DNA from: an uncultured Candidatus Saccharibacteria bacterium
GTDB taxonomy: Bacteria > Patescibacteriota > Minisyncoccia > Phycocordibacterales > UBA2100
Assembly: GCA_964594735.1 (NCBI GenBank)
Contig: CAZQMS010000006.1
Coordinates: forward strand, 13,982 to 77,981
Direction of reading: 5' to 3'
Length of the DNA stretch: 64,000 bases
Both the position numbers and the translations under genes were made by a program. The notes beneath the pieces were generated by a model. That model was not told where the DNA came from, ran no database searches, and was given only the letters and a program-made list of their open reading frames with translations. Shown here piece after piece: positions 19,687-30,611 of this stretch (position 1 is its first letter; every line of letters starts with the position of its first letter).

Positions 19687-20252
19687 TGCGGCGGCTGCAC
19701 GTGCGCGCCTTTACGCTCATTGAGATGCTCGTCGTCATCGGCATCATGGCGGTTATATCGGCGCTTATACTGGCCAACAACAACCGCTTCGGTGGGGTTG
19801 TGTTGCTTCAGAATCTTGCGTACGACATTGCGCTTTCGGTGAGGCAGGCACAGATATACGGTATCGCAGTCCAGCGCTTCAACACGAGCTTCGACGCCGG
19901 ATACGGTATGCACTTCCAGATAGACGCGAACCCGAGTACGCAGTCCGCGTACGTTCTCTTTGCAGATGTAAACGACAACGGACTCTACGACCCGACCGCG
20001 GAGCTCGTGCAGTCGACCTTTATTGCGGGCGGCTACCGCGTCTCAGAGCTCTGCGTTACGCCAGCGGGCGCGGGAGAGCGCTGCGACATCACGTCGCTCG
20101 ATGTCACATTCATCCGACCCGAGCCAGACGCATATATCCGATCGTCGCAAATCGCGGGGCTCTTCGAGGAAGGCTCTGTGACAGTCGTGTCGCCCCGCGG
20201 TGACACCAAAACGATTCGCATGCATGCAAACGGGCAGATATCCGTTGAATAG
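19683..20252 (+). CDS. minor pilin / pseudopilin 1
   Basis: Leader ...RA then FTLIEMLVVIGIMAV; overlaps pilD stop (ATGA). Confidence 0.7.
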   Translation: MMRRLHVRAFTLIEMLVVIGIMAVISALILANNNRFGGVVLLQNLAYDIALSVRQAQIYGIAVQRFNTSFDAGYGMHFQIDANPSTQSAYVLFADVNDNGLYDPTAELVQSTFIAGGYRVSELCVTPAGAGERCDITSLDVTFIRPEPDAYIRSSQIAGLFEEGSVTVVSPRGDTKTIRMHANGQISVE

Positions 20253-20314
20253 TATCTAGTATGGAGTATTTAGTATTCGGTATAGAAAGAGTCAGGAGTG
20301 CGATACGATCGCGA

Positions 20315-20926
20315 ATGCGTGTACGAAATACTACACACCGCGGACGACATACCAGCCGAGGTTTTACGCTCGTCGAACTCATCGTGGCGGTAGGACTCTT
20401 TGCGGTCGTCATGCTCATATCCATAGCGGCGCTCCTCTCCCTCGTCGAGGCAAACCGTCGTGCGCAGGCACTGCAGTCGGTCATGAACAACCTCAACGTC
20501 GCGGTCGATGGTATGGTTCGCTCGGTGCGGGAGGGCTCCAACTATTACTGTGGCGCGATTCCTTCAGACCCCGATGCCACGCTCGATTGCGCAGACAATG
20601 GCGAGGAGATTTTCGCCTTTACGCCATTTTCCGACGGCATTACGGACCCGCCACGCTGGATCTATTGGTTTGCGGAAGACGATAATGGCATTGGACGTCT
20701 CTGGAAATCTGAAGATGGTACGCTCGATGGCGGACTACCCATCACATCGCCGGAGGTCTCCATCGATTCGGTGACATTCTATGTCATTGGTTCCACGCGC
20801 GGTGGTGGTGATGTCATCCAGCCGAAAGCGATGGTCGTGATAAAGGGTACGGCAGGACAGAAAGTAACATCGCGCTCAACATTTCACATCCAGGCAACCG
20901 CTGTGCAGCGTCTCTTAGACCTATGA
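20315..20926 (+). CDS. minor pilin / pseudopilin 2 (alternative start 20261)
   Basis: Leader ...SRG then FTLVELIVAVGLFAVV. Confidence 0.7.
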   Translation: MRVRNTTHRGRHTSRGFTLVELIVAVGLFAVVMLISIAALLSLVEANRRAQALQSVMNNLNVAVDGMVRSVREGSNYYCGAIPSDPDATLDCADNGEEIFAFTPFSDGITDPPRWIYWFAEDDNGIGRLWKSEDGTLDGGLPITSPEVSIDSVTFYVIGSTRGGGDVIQPKAMVVIKGTAGQKVTSRSTFHIQATAVQRLLDL

Positions 20927-21558
20927 GAAAAGAGTTTACAGTTTACAGTTTACAGTTGACAGAAAGGAGTCGGGGTTTCCGGACTGTGCTGTCATCTGTC
21001 AACTGCCGACAGTCAACTCGAGCGTTCACGCTCATCGAGACGCTCGTTGCGGTAGCTTTCCTTACGGTGGCCATCATCGCCCCCATGACACTGACGCAGC
21101 AGAGTCTTTCAAGTGCGTACTATGCGCGTGACCAGATAACCGCGTACAACCTCGCGCAAGAGGGAATCGAGTCGGTGCGCGCGATTCGCGACGGGCAGAT
21201 ACTCACGATTTCGCAATCCGCGGATGCGACAGCGATCGATCTCTTTGGCGCAATACCCGTCAATCAAGACTTTATAATCGATGGTCTTGATACGAATCCC
21301 GAGACGGCTATGGAGACGTGTTCGGGAATCTGCCCCAATCTGCAACTCAGTCCCGACGGAACACTCTACGGGTACGGGGCCGGCTGGACGCCGACGAAGT
21401 TTATCCGCACGCTCACCGCATCGTACGTGGGGGAGTCGACGGACGAGATACAGCTCGAGGTCAACGTGTCCTGGGAAACTGACGGAGGCCAAACGCGCAC
21501 GTTTTCAATCCATGAAAACGTGTACCGCTGGATAATCGACGGAAGTGGCGCAAATTAA
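20923..21558 (+). CDS. minor pilin / pseudopilin 3 (start uncertain; TACAGTT repeat lies in the annotated 5' end)
   Basis: ...TRA then FTLIETLVAVAFLTVAII. Confidence 0.6.
   Translation: MRKEFTVYSLQLTERSRGFRTVLSSVNCRQSTRAFTLIETLVAVAFLTVAIIAPMTLTQQSLSSAYYARDQITAYNLAQEGIESVRAIRDGQILTISQSADATAIDLFGAIPVNQDFIIDGLDTNPETAMETCSGICPNLQLSPDGTLYGYGAGWTPTKFIRTLTASYVGESTDEIQLEVNVSWETDGGQTRTFSIHENVYRWIIDGSGAN
20934..21016. repeat. TACAGTT-heptamer repeat with inverted partner CTGTCAACTG
   Basis: GTTTACAGTTTACAGTTTACAGTTGACAG...CTGTCATCTGTCAACTGCCGACAGTCAACTCG. Confidence 0.6.
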
Positions 21559-21560
21559 GT

Positions 21561-22112
21561 ATGAATCACGACGCACGAAGCACGAAGCAAGGAGTACGAA
21601 GAGCGAGTCGACACAGAGCGCAGCGCGGCTTTACGCTTCTTCTCGCGGCGCTGGTCGCATCCATCGTACTCGCGCTCGGCAGTTCGATATTCCTTATCGC
21701 ACGCAAGCAGGTGACACTCTCATCGCTTGGCCGAGATTCGCAGTTTGCATTCTATGCAGCAGACACGGGTGCAGAATGTGCACTCTACTGGGACATCCGT
21801 CACAGCGCCTTCGGTTCATCAACGCCGGAGACTCCGCCCACGTGCGCCGAGCAAGTTCTCGGCGAGGTGGTGACGGAGGGAGAGAGGTCTTCCGGCCCGC
21901 CGTACACAATCGAGTTTGAAATGGACCTTTTTGTCAACGCTGATGGCGTGGCGGGCACGTTCGACGATTCGGGCTACTGCGCCCGTGTATCCGTGCAGAA
22001 AAATACGAGCAATCCGTTTACCGTGATTCACGCCGATGGACACTCGACTCCGTGCGAGGCAATCGAGAGCAGTGCGCGGTCACTTCAGCGCTCAGTCCAG
22101 CTGCGGTATTGA
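21561..22112 (+). CDS. minor pilin / pseudopilin 4 (lacks Glu5)
   Basis: ...QRG then FTLLLAALVASIVLAL. Confidence 0.6.
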   Translation: MNHDARSTKQGVRRASRHRAQRGFTLLLAALVASIVLALGSSIFLIARKQVTLSSLGRDSQFAFYAADTGAECALYWDIRHSAFGSSTPETPPTCAEQVLGEVVTEGERSSGPPYTIEFEMDLFVNADGVAGTFDDSGYCARVSVQKNTSNPFTVIHADGHSTPCEAIESSARSLQRSVQLRY

Positions 22113-24430
<2,318 letters not shown>

Positions 24431-24433
24431 GAT

Positions 24434-25849
24434 ATGGATCTCTCTTCGCTCACGCTCGCTTCGGCGCGCGCATCACTCGACAAGAAGGAATACTCTGCCG
24501 TCGAGCTCACCGATGCGTATCTCTCCGAGATAGGGAAGCGTGATGCCGACATCCATGCGTATCTCGAAGTATGGGGAGAATCGGCTCGTGCTGAAGCTAA
24601 AGCCGCCGACGAGCGCATTGCCCGCGGCGATGCTGCTGCACTCACGGGCATTCCACTAGCGGTGAAAGACAATATTCTCATTGAGGGCAGGACAGCGAGT
24701 TCTGCGTCGAAGATGCTGGAGCACTACGTGGCGTCGTACGACGCGCATGTGACCGAGAGGCTCAAGGCGTCGGGCGTAGTCTTCCTCGGGCGTACCAACA
24801 TGGATGAGTTTGCGATGGGTAGCTCGACGGAAAATTCTGCGTTTGGTCCGACAAAAAATCCTCTCGATACGTCGCGGGTGCCTGGCGGCTCCTCGGGCGG
24901 ATCCGCTGCCGCTGTCGCCGCACATCTTGCACTCGCGGCACTAGGCTCCGACACAGGTGGCTCTATCCGCCAACCCGCCTCACACTGCGGCATCGTGGGA
25001 CTCAAGCCGACGTATGGGTCAGTATCCCGATTTGGCCTCATGCCGATGGGAAGCAGTCTCGATGTCATCGGGCCACTTACCAAGACTGTGGCAGACGCGC
25101 GTCTTGTTTTCGAGGCAATCCGCGGGCGGGATGCGCGTGACAGCACATCCGTCGCAGCAGACTTTTACGCGCCGCATGCCGAGAAAAAAATCGTCGGTGT
25201 TCCGCGCGCCTTTATACAAAAAGGTGTCGACGCCGACGTACTCGCGCGATTTGAGGTGACATTGAAAAAACTCGAAGCGTCGGGGTACACAATCCGCGAT
25301 GTGGATATGCCCAACCTGCCATACGCGCTCCCGGTGTACTACATCATCTGTCCTGCAGAAGTGTCGACCAATCTCGCGCGCTATGATGGCGTCCGGTACG
25401 GACTTTCCGTACCGGGAGATACGGTGGGCGAAATGTATGAAAAATCGCGCGCATCGGGTTTCGGTAGGGAGACGAGGCGTCGCATCATCATTGGCACGTT
25501 TGTACTTTCATCCGGCTATGCCGATGCGTACTATCGCAAGGCGCGTGCCGTGCGTGAACTCGTGCGTCAGGACTTTGTACGCGCATTCGAGGAGGTCGAT
25601 GCGATAGCAATGCCGACCGCTCCTGGTCCCGCGTTCAAGCTCGGAGAAAAGGCGAACGACCCGCTTGCCATGTATGCGGAGGATATTTTCAGCGTCACGG
25701 CAAACCTCGCGGGGGTGCCGGGTATTTCGGTACCCGCAGGCACTGTAGAGCGAGAAGGAAAGACACTGCCAGTCGGATTCCAGTTGCTTGCGCCACATGG
25801 GGGCGAAGAGACTTTGTTTACAATCGGTTCTGAAGTCGAGAGGGTGTAG
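24434..25849 (+). CDS. gatA: Asp/Glu-tRNA(Asn/Gln) amidotransferase subunit A (amidase)
   Basis: Amidase signature GGSSGGSAAAVA; 471 aa. Confidence 0.9.
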   Translation: MDLSSLTLASARASLDKKEYSAVELTDAYLSEIGKRDADIHAYLEVWGESARAEAKAADERIARGDAAALTGIPLAVKDNILIEGRTASSASKMLEHYVASYDAHVTERLKASGVVFLGRTNMDEFAMGSSTENSAFGPTKNPLDTSRVPGGSSGGSAAAVAAHLALAALGSDTGGSIRQPASHCGIVGLKPTYGSVSRFGLMPMGSSLDVIGPLTKTVADARLVFEAIRGRDARDSTSVAADFYAPHAEKKIVGVPRAFIQKGVDADVLARFEVTLKKLEASGYTIRDVDMPNLPYALPVYYIICPAEVSTNLARYDGVRYGLSVPGDTVGEMYEKSRASGFGRETRRRIIIGTFVLSSGYADAYYRKARAVRELVRQDFVRAFEEVDAIAMPTAPGPAFKLGEKANDPLAMYAEDIFSVTANLAGVPGISVPAGTVEREGKTLPVGFQLLAPHGGEETLFTIGSEVERV

Positions 25850-25872
25850 TTTTTTCGGGATATAATTCCGTC

Positions 25873-26577
25873 ATGGAAGGTGATGCTTCACTCACAGGCG
25901 GCGTTTTGTGGGCGCTGCGATTTCTCAGCGACGTGGCATTCCGGTGGATACCAGGCACTGTGCAAGTCGCCGTGGGCACGGCTCCGCAGACAGGCGAAGC
26001 GCCTCTTCCGCTCAAACCCATCACGGAACCGATTACCACGACCGATGTTGTCCAGTTCCTCCAGACGAGCGCCTCTGCCGAGGCATACGGTGGCCTCTAT
26101 CAATTCTGGACTGTGTGGATCGCCATCGTTGTAATAGGGGGACTCCTCCTCGGTGCGTGCATCATCTACTGCGCACTCCGCATCATCCAGGTTCGCCGAC
26201 ACGAGCGCGACATGTGGCGGGCAAGTGCACATACTATCGAAGCCCACGATGTGCCGAAGACCCAGTTGCGTTGGAACAGGGTGCTTGAGCAGGTGCACTC
26301 GGAGAGCGAGCAAGGCTGGCGGCTGGCAATACTCGAAGCCGACATAATGCTCAACGAGCTTCTCGATGTCTTGGGTTATCGCGGCGAGACGATGGCAGAC
26401 AAGATGAAGCAGGTCGACAGGCACCGATTTCATACCATCGACCTCGCGTGGGAAGCGCACGGCGTGCGCAATCAGATAGCGCATCAAGGCTCGCACAAAC
26501 AGCTCGATTCGCGCGAGGCGCGTCGCACCATCTCTCTGTACGAAAAGGTATTTAAGGAATTTCAGTTCGTGAACTAA
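25873..26577 (+). CDS. TM-anchored protein with C-terminal HEPN-like Rx4H motif
   Basis: TM helix FWTVWIAIVVIGGLLLGACII; C-terminal HGVRNQIAHQG. Confidence 0.45.
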   Translation: MEGDASLTGGVLWALRFLSDVAFRWIPGTVQVAVGTAPQTGEAPLPLKPITEPITTTDVVQFLQTSASAEAYGGLYQFWTVWIAIVVIGGLLLGACIIYCALRIIQVRRHERDMWRASAHTIEAHDVPKTQLRWNRVLEQVHSESEQGWRLAILEADIMLNELLDVLGYRGETMADKMKQVDRHRFHTIDLAWEAHGVRNQIAHQGSHKQLDSREARRTISLYEKVFKEFQFVN

Positions 26578-26618
26578 ATTTGCGGCACCACTCCGCATGT
26601 AGTAAAGTGCGCAGCGAT

Positions 26619-26691
26619 AGCGGGGTGGAGCAGGAGTAGCTCGCCAGGCTCATAACCTGGAGGTCGCGGGTGCAATTCCCGCCCCCGCAAC
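26619..26691 (+). tRNA. tRNA-Met, initiator-like (CAU), no encoded CCA
   Basis: Near-identity to bacterial tRNA-fMet core (GCGGGGTGGAGCAG...GCTCATAACC...CCCCCGCAA), mismatched 1:72 pair; coordinates within 2 nt. Confidence 0.8.
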
Positions 26692-26700
26692 ACGATGGAG

Positions 26701-26729
26701 AAAAACGCCGCATCAAGCGGCGTTTTTCT
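26701..26729. terminator. terminator hairpin after tRNA-fMet
   Basis: AAAAACGCCGCATCAAGCGGCGTTTTTCTC. Confidence 0.7.
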
Positions 26730-26908
26730 CAGTCCGATAGAATCCCAAGCACGACTTCTGCGATGGTGAACGCGAGAAAAATGATGATTGCAACGATAAG
26801 CATTTTCCACTGGAGTGTCATCACGGCCCGGCCAGCGGCATAGAGGACGAAGACAAAGGCAGCAGGCCAGAAGAGGAACGAATTGATTCCCATGAGTCTA
26901 TTCCACAT
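26729..26908 (-). CDS. possible small 2-TM membrane protein (59 aa, below ORF-track cutoff)
   Basis: Manual translation MWNRLMGINSFLFWPAAFVFVLYAAG...IIIFLAFTIAEVVLGILSD. Confidence 0.25.
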   Translation of the reverse strand: MWNRLMGINSFLFWPAAFVFVLYAAGRAVMTLQWKMLIVAIIIFLAFTIAEVVLGILSD

Positions 26909-27022
26909 GAAAGGGAGTGTACTAGTCGTATATGCAAAAACAAGTTCGTTCCGCCAGGCGTCGGGGAGAGGCGCGAGCTGATATTGGCGGAGAAATATCC
27001 ATGGGGTATAGTTTTCCTCATC

Positions 27023-27096
27023 GTCGGGGTAGCTCAGTCGGTTAGAGCGAGCGTTTCATAAGCGCTAGGTCGTGGGTTCGATTCCCACCCCCGACA
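27023..27096 (+). tRNA. tRNA-Met/Ile2 (CAU), elongator type
   Basis: Acceptor GTCGGGG/CCCCGAC, anticodon loop TTCATAA, T-loop GTTCGATTC. Confidence 0.8.
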
Positions 27097-27141
27097 CTCG
27101 CAGGGCAGGGGAATATGCGCTATTCTCTCTGTGCTGCGCAT

Positions 27142-27215
27142 GCGGGTGTAGCTCAATTGGTTAGAGCACTCCCCTGTCACGGGAGAGGCTGCGGGTTCGA
27201 GTCCCGTCACTCGCG
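27142..27215 (+). tRNA. tRNA-Asp (GUC)
   Basis: Acceptor GCGGGTG/CACTCGC, anticodon loop CTGTCAC, T-loop GTTCGAGTC. Confidence 0.8.
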
Positions 27216-27271
27216 CAATCGCATAGGAAATGTTCTCAAGTGCAAGCATGGATGTTACTATCCATGCCACG

Positions 27272-27356
<85 letters not shown>

Positions 27357-27407
27357 ATTGTTCAACTCTAGACCTCACATCCATACTGCGCTTGGTATGA
27401 TGTTGAG

Positions 27408-27872
27408 ATGGTGAATTCGAGACGTCCGAGAAAGCCCTGTCGCAATTGTGGCAAAGAGCCCGCAAGCCATACGTATACATATTGCAGCAACCTATGCCAA
27501 CGTGAGCAAGAACACAAAATCTATATAAAAAAATGGAAACGAGGGGAAATATCTGGACTAAGTACCATAGGGACAGTTTCGTCTAATCTTAAAAGATACT
27601 TGCGGAATAAATTTGGCAATAAGTGCTGTCTGTGCGGGTGGGCAGTAGTGAATGAAAAGACTGGGCAGGTACCTTTGGTTGCCGATCATATCGATGGAAA
27701 CTGGAGAAACAATCTAGACACAAACTTGCGTCTACTGTGTCCGAATTGCGATGCCATCAGTCCCACGTTTGCGGGACTCAACAGAGGGAAAGGAAGAACA
27801 AATCGTGGAGTAAGTAATCGGGTCAGGGAAGGGGGTCTTCTTGCGAGAAGTAGAAAACGGCGCAGGACGTGA
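27408..27872 (+). CDS. HNH endonuclease (low-GC insertion in tRNA cluster)
   Basis: CRNCG...CSNLC and CLCGW...HIDGNWRNN...LLCPNCD HNH/zinc motifs; about 45% GC. Confidence 0.75.
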   Translation: MVNSRRPRKPCRNCGKEPASHTYTYCSNLCQREQEHKIYIKKWKRGEISGLSTIGTVSSNLKRYLRNKFGNKCCLCGWAVVNEKTGQVPLVADHIDGNWRNNLDTNLRLLCPNCDAISPTFAGLNRGKGRTNRGVSNRVREGGLLARSRKRRRT

Positions 27873-27893
27873 TATATTCTTACTCGCTCGTCT

Positions 27894-27966
27894 GCCGGAG
27901 TAGCTCAGTTGGTAGAGCAATGCTTTCGTAAAGCATAGGTCACCGGTTCAAATCCGGTCTCCGGCT
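27894..27966 (+). tRNA. tRNA-Thr (CGU)
   Basis: Acceptor GCCGGAG/CTCCGGC, anticodon loop TTCGTAA, T-loop GTTCAAATC. Confidence 0.8.
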
Positions 27967-27984
27967 CAAAGGTATACTTCTTCT

Positions 27985-28881
27985 ATGTCGAAAGAAGCTA
28001 CGCAGGCACGCATCGCTGAGATAGAAGCGGCGATGGCCTCACCCGATTTTTGGACCAACAAGGACGCCGCGCAGGCGACACTAAAGGAGTACCAAGATCT
28101 CAAAGCGAAACTTGTCGGAGGCACGGGATACGATAAAAACGACGTGATTGTGTCTATCGTGTCAGGCGCGGGTGGTGACGATGCGGAGGATTTTTCCCGC
28201 ATCCTTTTTGAGATGTACAAAAAATATGTCGCATCAAAGGGGTGGGGTGTTTCTATGCTCTCGTCCAACGAAAATTCCATGGGCGGGTATCGCTCTGTCT
28301 CCTTTGAGGTGAACGGGAGCGGTGCATATGGCACGCTCCGGCATGAAGCCGGGGTGCACCGGCTCGTCCGCATGTCGCCCTTCAATGCTGCGGGCAAGCG
28401 CCAGACTTCATTTTCGCTCGTCGAAGTATTGCCGCAGCTCCCCGATGGAGGCGACCTGCACATTCCCGAATCCGACCTCGAGATTTCTGTCGCACGCTCC
28501 GGCGGCCCCGGAGGACAAAATGTGAACAAGCGTGATACGGCGGTGCGCATGCTGCACAAGCCGACAGGCCTTGCGGTACATGTCACGAGCGAGCGCAGTC
28601 AGGCACAAAATAAAGAAAAGGCACTCGAGATGCTCCGCGGTAAGCTCTTCCAGATACGTCAGGCCGCCCAGGAGAAAGAGGCTCGCGGCATGTCGGCGGG
28701 AGCATCGACGAAGATAGAGTGGGGAAGTCAGATACGTTCCTACGTCCTGCATCCGTACCAACTCGTGAAAGACCACCGAACCGATCATGAAAGGCGAGAC
28801 GTGGATAAAGTGCTCGAGGGAGACATCCAGTCTTTCATCGATGAAGAGAAGAATTTGGATACTGCTGCTACCGGGGTATAA
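27985..28881 (+). CDS. prfB: peptide chain release factor 2 (short N-terminus, no frameshift site)
   Basis: SPF tripeptide (RMSPFN), GGQ motif [11 protein letters not shown]; 298 aa. Confidence 0.85.
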   Translation: MSKEATQARIAEIEAAMASPDFWTNKDAAQATLKEYQDLKAKLVGGTGYDKNDVIVSIVSGAGGDDAEDFSRILFEMYKKYVASKGWGVSMLSSNENSMGGYRSVSFEVNGSGAYGTLRHEAGVHRLVRMSPFNAAGKRQTSFSLVEVLPQLPDGGDLHIPESDLEISVARSGGPGGQNVNKRDTAVRMLHKPTGLAVHVTSERSQAQNKEKALEMLRGKLFQIRQAAQEKEARGMSAGASTKIEWGSQIRSYVLHPYQLVKDHRTDHERRDVDKVLEGDIQSFIDEEKNLDTAATGV

Positions 28882-28890
28882 TAACGACCG

Positions 28891-29580
28891 TTGTGTATGA
28901 TCTATTTCGATAAAGTCACCAAGGTTTATTTCGACGGTGCTCCTCCTGCCGTCCAGGATATAACGCTCGGCATCGACCCGGGCGAATTCGTTTCAATAGT
29001 GGGACACTCCGGAGCGGGAAAAACGACGCTCCTCAAGATGCTTTTTGCCGAAGTCTTCCCGACGGAAGGCTCAGTCTATTTCGGGTCTCGTCAGATACGA
29101 GAGCTCTCCAATCACGAGCTCCTGAAACTGCGTCGCAACATCGGCACGGTGTTCCAGGACTTTCGGCTTCTTGGTACGAAAAATGTCTATGAGAATATCG
29201 CGTTCGCGCTCGAAGTCGCAGGGAAGAGCGACGAAGACATCCAGGCGGACGTACCGCACGTCCTCGAGCTCGTGGGACTGTCCGACAAAATATGGAGTTT
29301 CCCGCACGAGCTCTCGGGAGGGGAACAGCAGCGCATTGCGATCGCGCGCGCCATCGTCAATCAGCCTGATGTCCTCATCGCAGACGAACCGACCGGCAAT
29401 CTCGATCCCATCAATGCGCACGATGTCGTCGAGATTCTAAAGAAAATCAACGACCTGGGTACGACGGTTCTGCTCACCACGCACAACAAGGTGGTGGTGG
29501 ATTCCATCGGGAGGCGCGTGGTCACCATGGACCAAGGGCGCATCGTGCGCGACGACAAACAGGGGAAATACGTATTATGA
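28891..29580 (+). CDS. ftsE: cell division ABC ATPase FtsE
   Basis: Walker A GHSGAGKTT, signature LSGGEQQR, Walker B ILIADEPT. Confidence 0.85.
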   Translation: MCMIYFDKVTKVYFDGAPPAVQDITLGIDPGEFVSIVGHSGAGKTTLLKMLFAEVFPTEGSVYFGSRQIRELSNHELLKLRRNIGTVFQDFRLLGTKNVYENIAFALEVAGKSDEDIQADVPHVLELVGLSDKIWSFPHELSGGEQQRIAIARAIVNQPDVLIADEPTGNLDPINAHDVVEILKKINDLGTTVLLTTHNKVVVDSIGRRVVTMDQGRIVRDDKQGKYVL

Positions 29581-29582
29581 AA

Positions 29583-29672
29583 ACAGTCAACAGCGTACAG
29601 TCTACAGTTTACAGTTTACAGAATGATTATGATCAGACTTCAACTGTTAACCGTTAACTGTAAGCTGTAAAC
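29583..29672. repeat. TACAGTT-heptamer palindromic element (second copy of the family at 20934)
   Basis: CAGTCAACAGCGTACAGTCTACAGTTTACAGTTTACAG...CAACTGTTAACCGTTAACTGTAAGCTGTAAAC forms a long imperfect inverted repeat between ftsE and ftsX. Confidence 0.6.
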
Positions 29673-29679
29673 TTCGCAT

Positions 29680-30609
29680 ATGTCTTTCTGGGTAAACGCA
29701 AAACGAGTAGCACGGTACGGAGTCGCGGGATTCGTCCGCAACGGCTTCATTTCGCTAGCTGCCATCATGATTCTCTCTATTACGCTCTTTGTGGTGGCAT
29801 GTCTCATGCTCGCCGGCGCGGCGCTCAGCAGCACGCTCACTGAACTCACCAATAAAGTCGACGTGAGCGTCTACTTCACGACCGCGGCCACCGAAGACCA
29901 GGTGATGGCAGTGAAGCGTTCGCTTGAAGCACTCCCGGAAGTGGCTACAGTATCGTACGTGAGTCGTGAGCAGGCACTTGCCGACTTTAGGGAGCGCCAC
30001 GCGAGCGACCAGCTCACCATCCAGGCGCTCGATGAGCTCGGCGAGAATCCACTCGGGGCAGCGCTCGAAGTACGCGCCAAAGAGACCTCGCAGTACGAGA
30101 GCATCGCGGCATACGTCCGCACCCAGCAGGAGAACGGCACGGAGACAGCCGCTGTGATCGACAAGGTCAACTTTTTCCAGAACAAGACAGCAATCGACCG
30201 GCTCACGCAGATTATCGATACGTCGCGTACGCTTGGATTTGCCATCGCACTCGTGCTCGGTGCCGCATCGGTCCTTATCGCGTTCAACACGATACGCCTC
30301 GCTATCTACACGTCACGCGATGAGATCGGCGTCATGAATCTCGTGGGCGCCAATCGCTGGTACGTGCGCGGGCCATTTATGATTGCGGGCATTCTGTACG
30401 GTGTCGCGTCTGCGGTCCTCGTGCTGCTCGTCCTGTATCCCGTCACCATATGGCTGGGTCCCGGCTCGCAGCGTTTCCTCGGCACATTCAACCTCTTCAC
30501 GTACTTCACGGAGCAGTTCCCGATTATATTCTTGGTCATCATGGGTTCCGGTATCGCGCTCGGTGCGCTCTCCAGCTTCCTCGCAGTGCGACGGTACCTC
30601 AAACAATAG
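29680..30609 (+). CDS. ftsX: cell division permease FtsX
   Basis: 4 TM with large extracytoplasmic loop; follows ftsE. Confidence 0.85.
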   Translation: MSFWVNAKRVARYGVAGFVRNGFISLAAIMILSITLFVVACLMLAGAALSSTLTELTNKVDVSVYFTTAATEDQVMAVKRSLEALPEVATVSYVSREQALADFRERHASDQLTIQALDELGENPLGAALEVRAKETSQYESIAAYVRTQQENGTETAAVIDKVNFFQNKTAIDRLTQIIDTSRTLGFAIALVLGAASVLIAFNTIRLAIYTSRDEIGVMNLVGANRWYVRGPFMIAGILYGVASAVLVLLVLYPVTIWLGPGSQRFLGTFNLFTYFTEQFPIIFLVIMGSGIALGALSSFLAVRRYLKQ

Positions 30610-30611
30610 CT

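Noticed and set aside
27985-28881. Programmed +1 frameshift in prfB
   Set aside because: There is no upstream in-frame segment or CUU UGA site, and the gene starts directly after tRNA-Thr.
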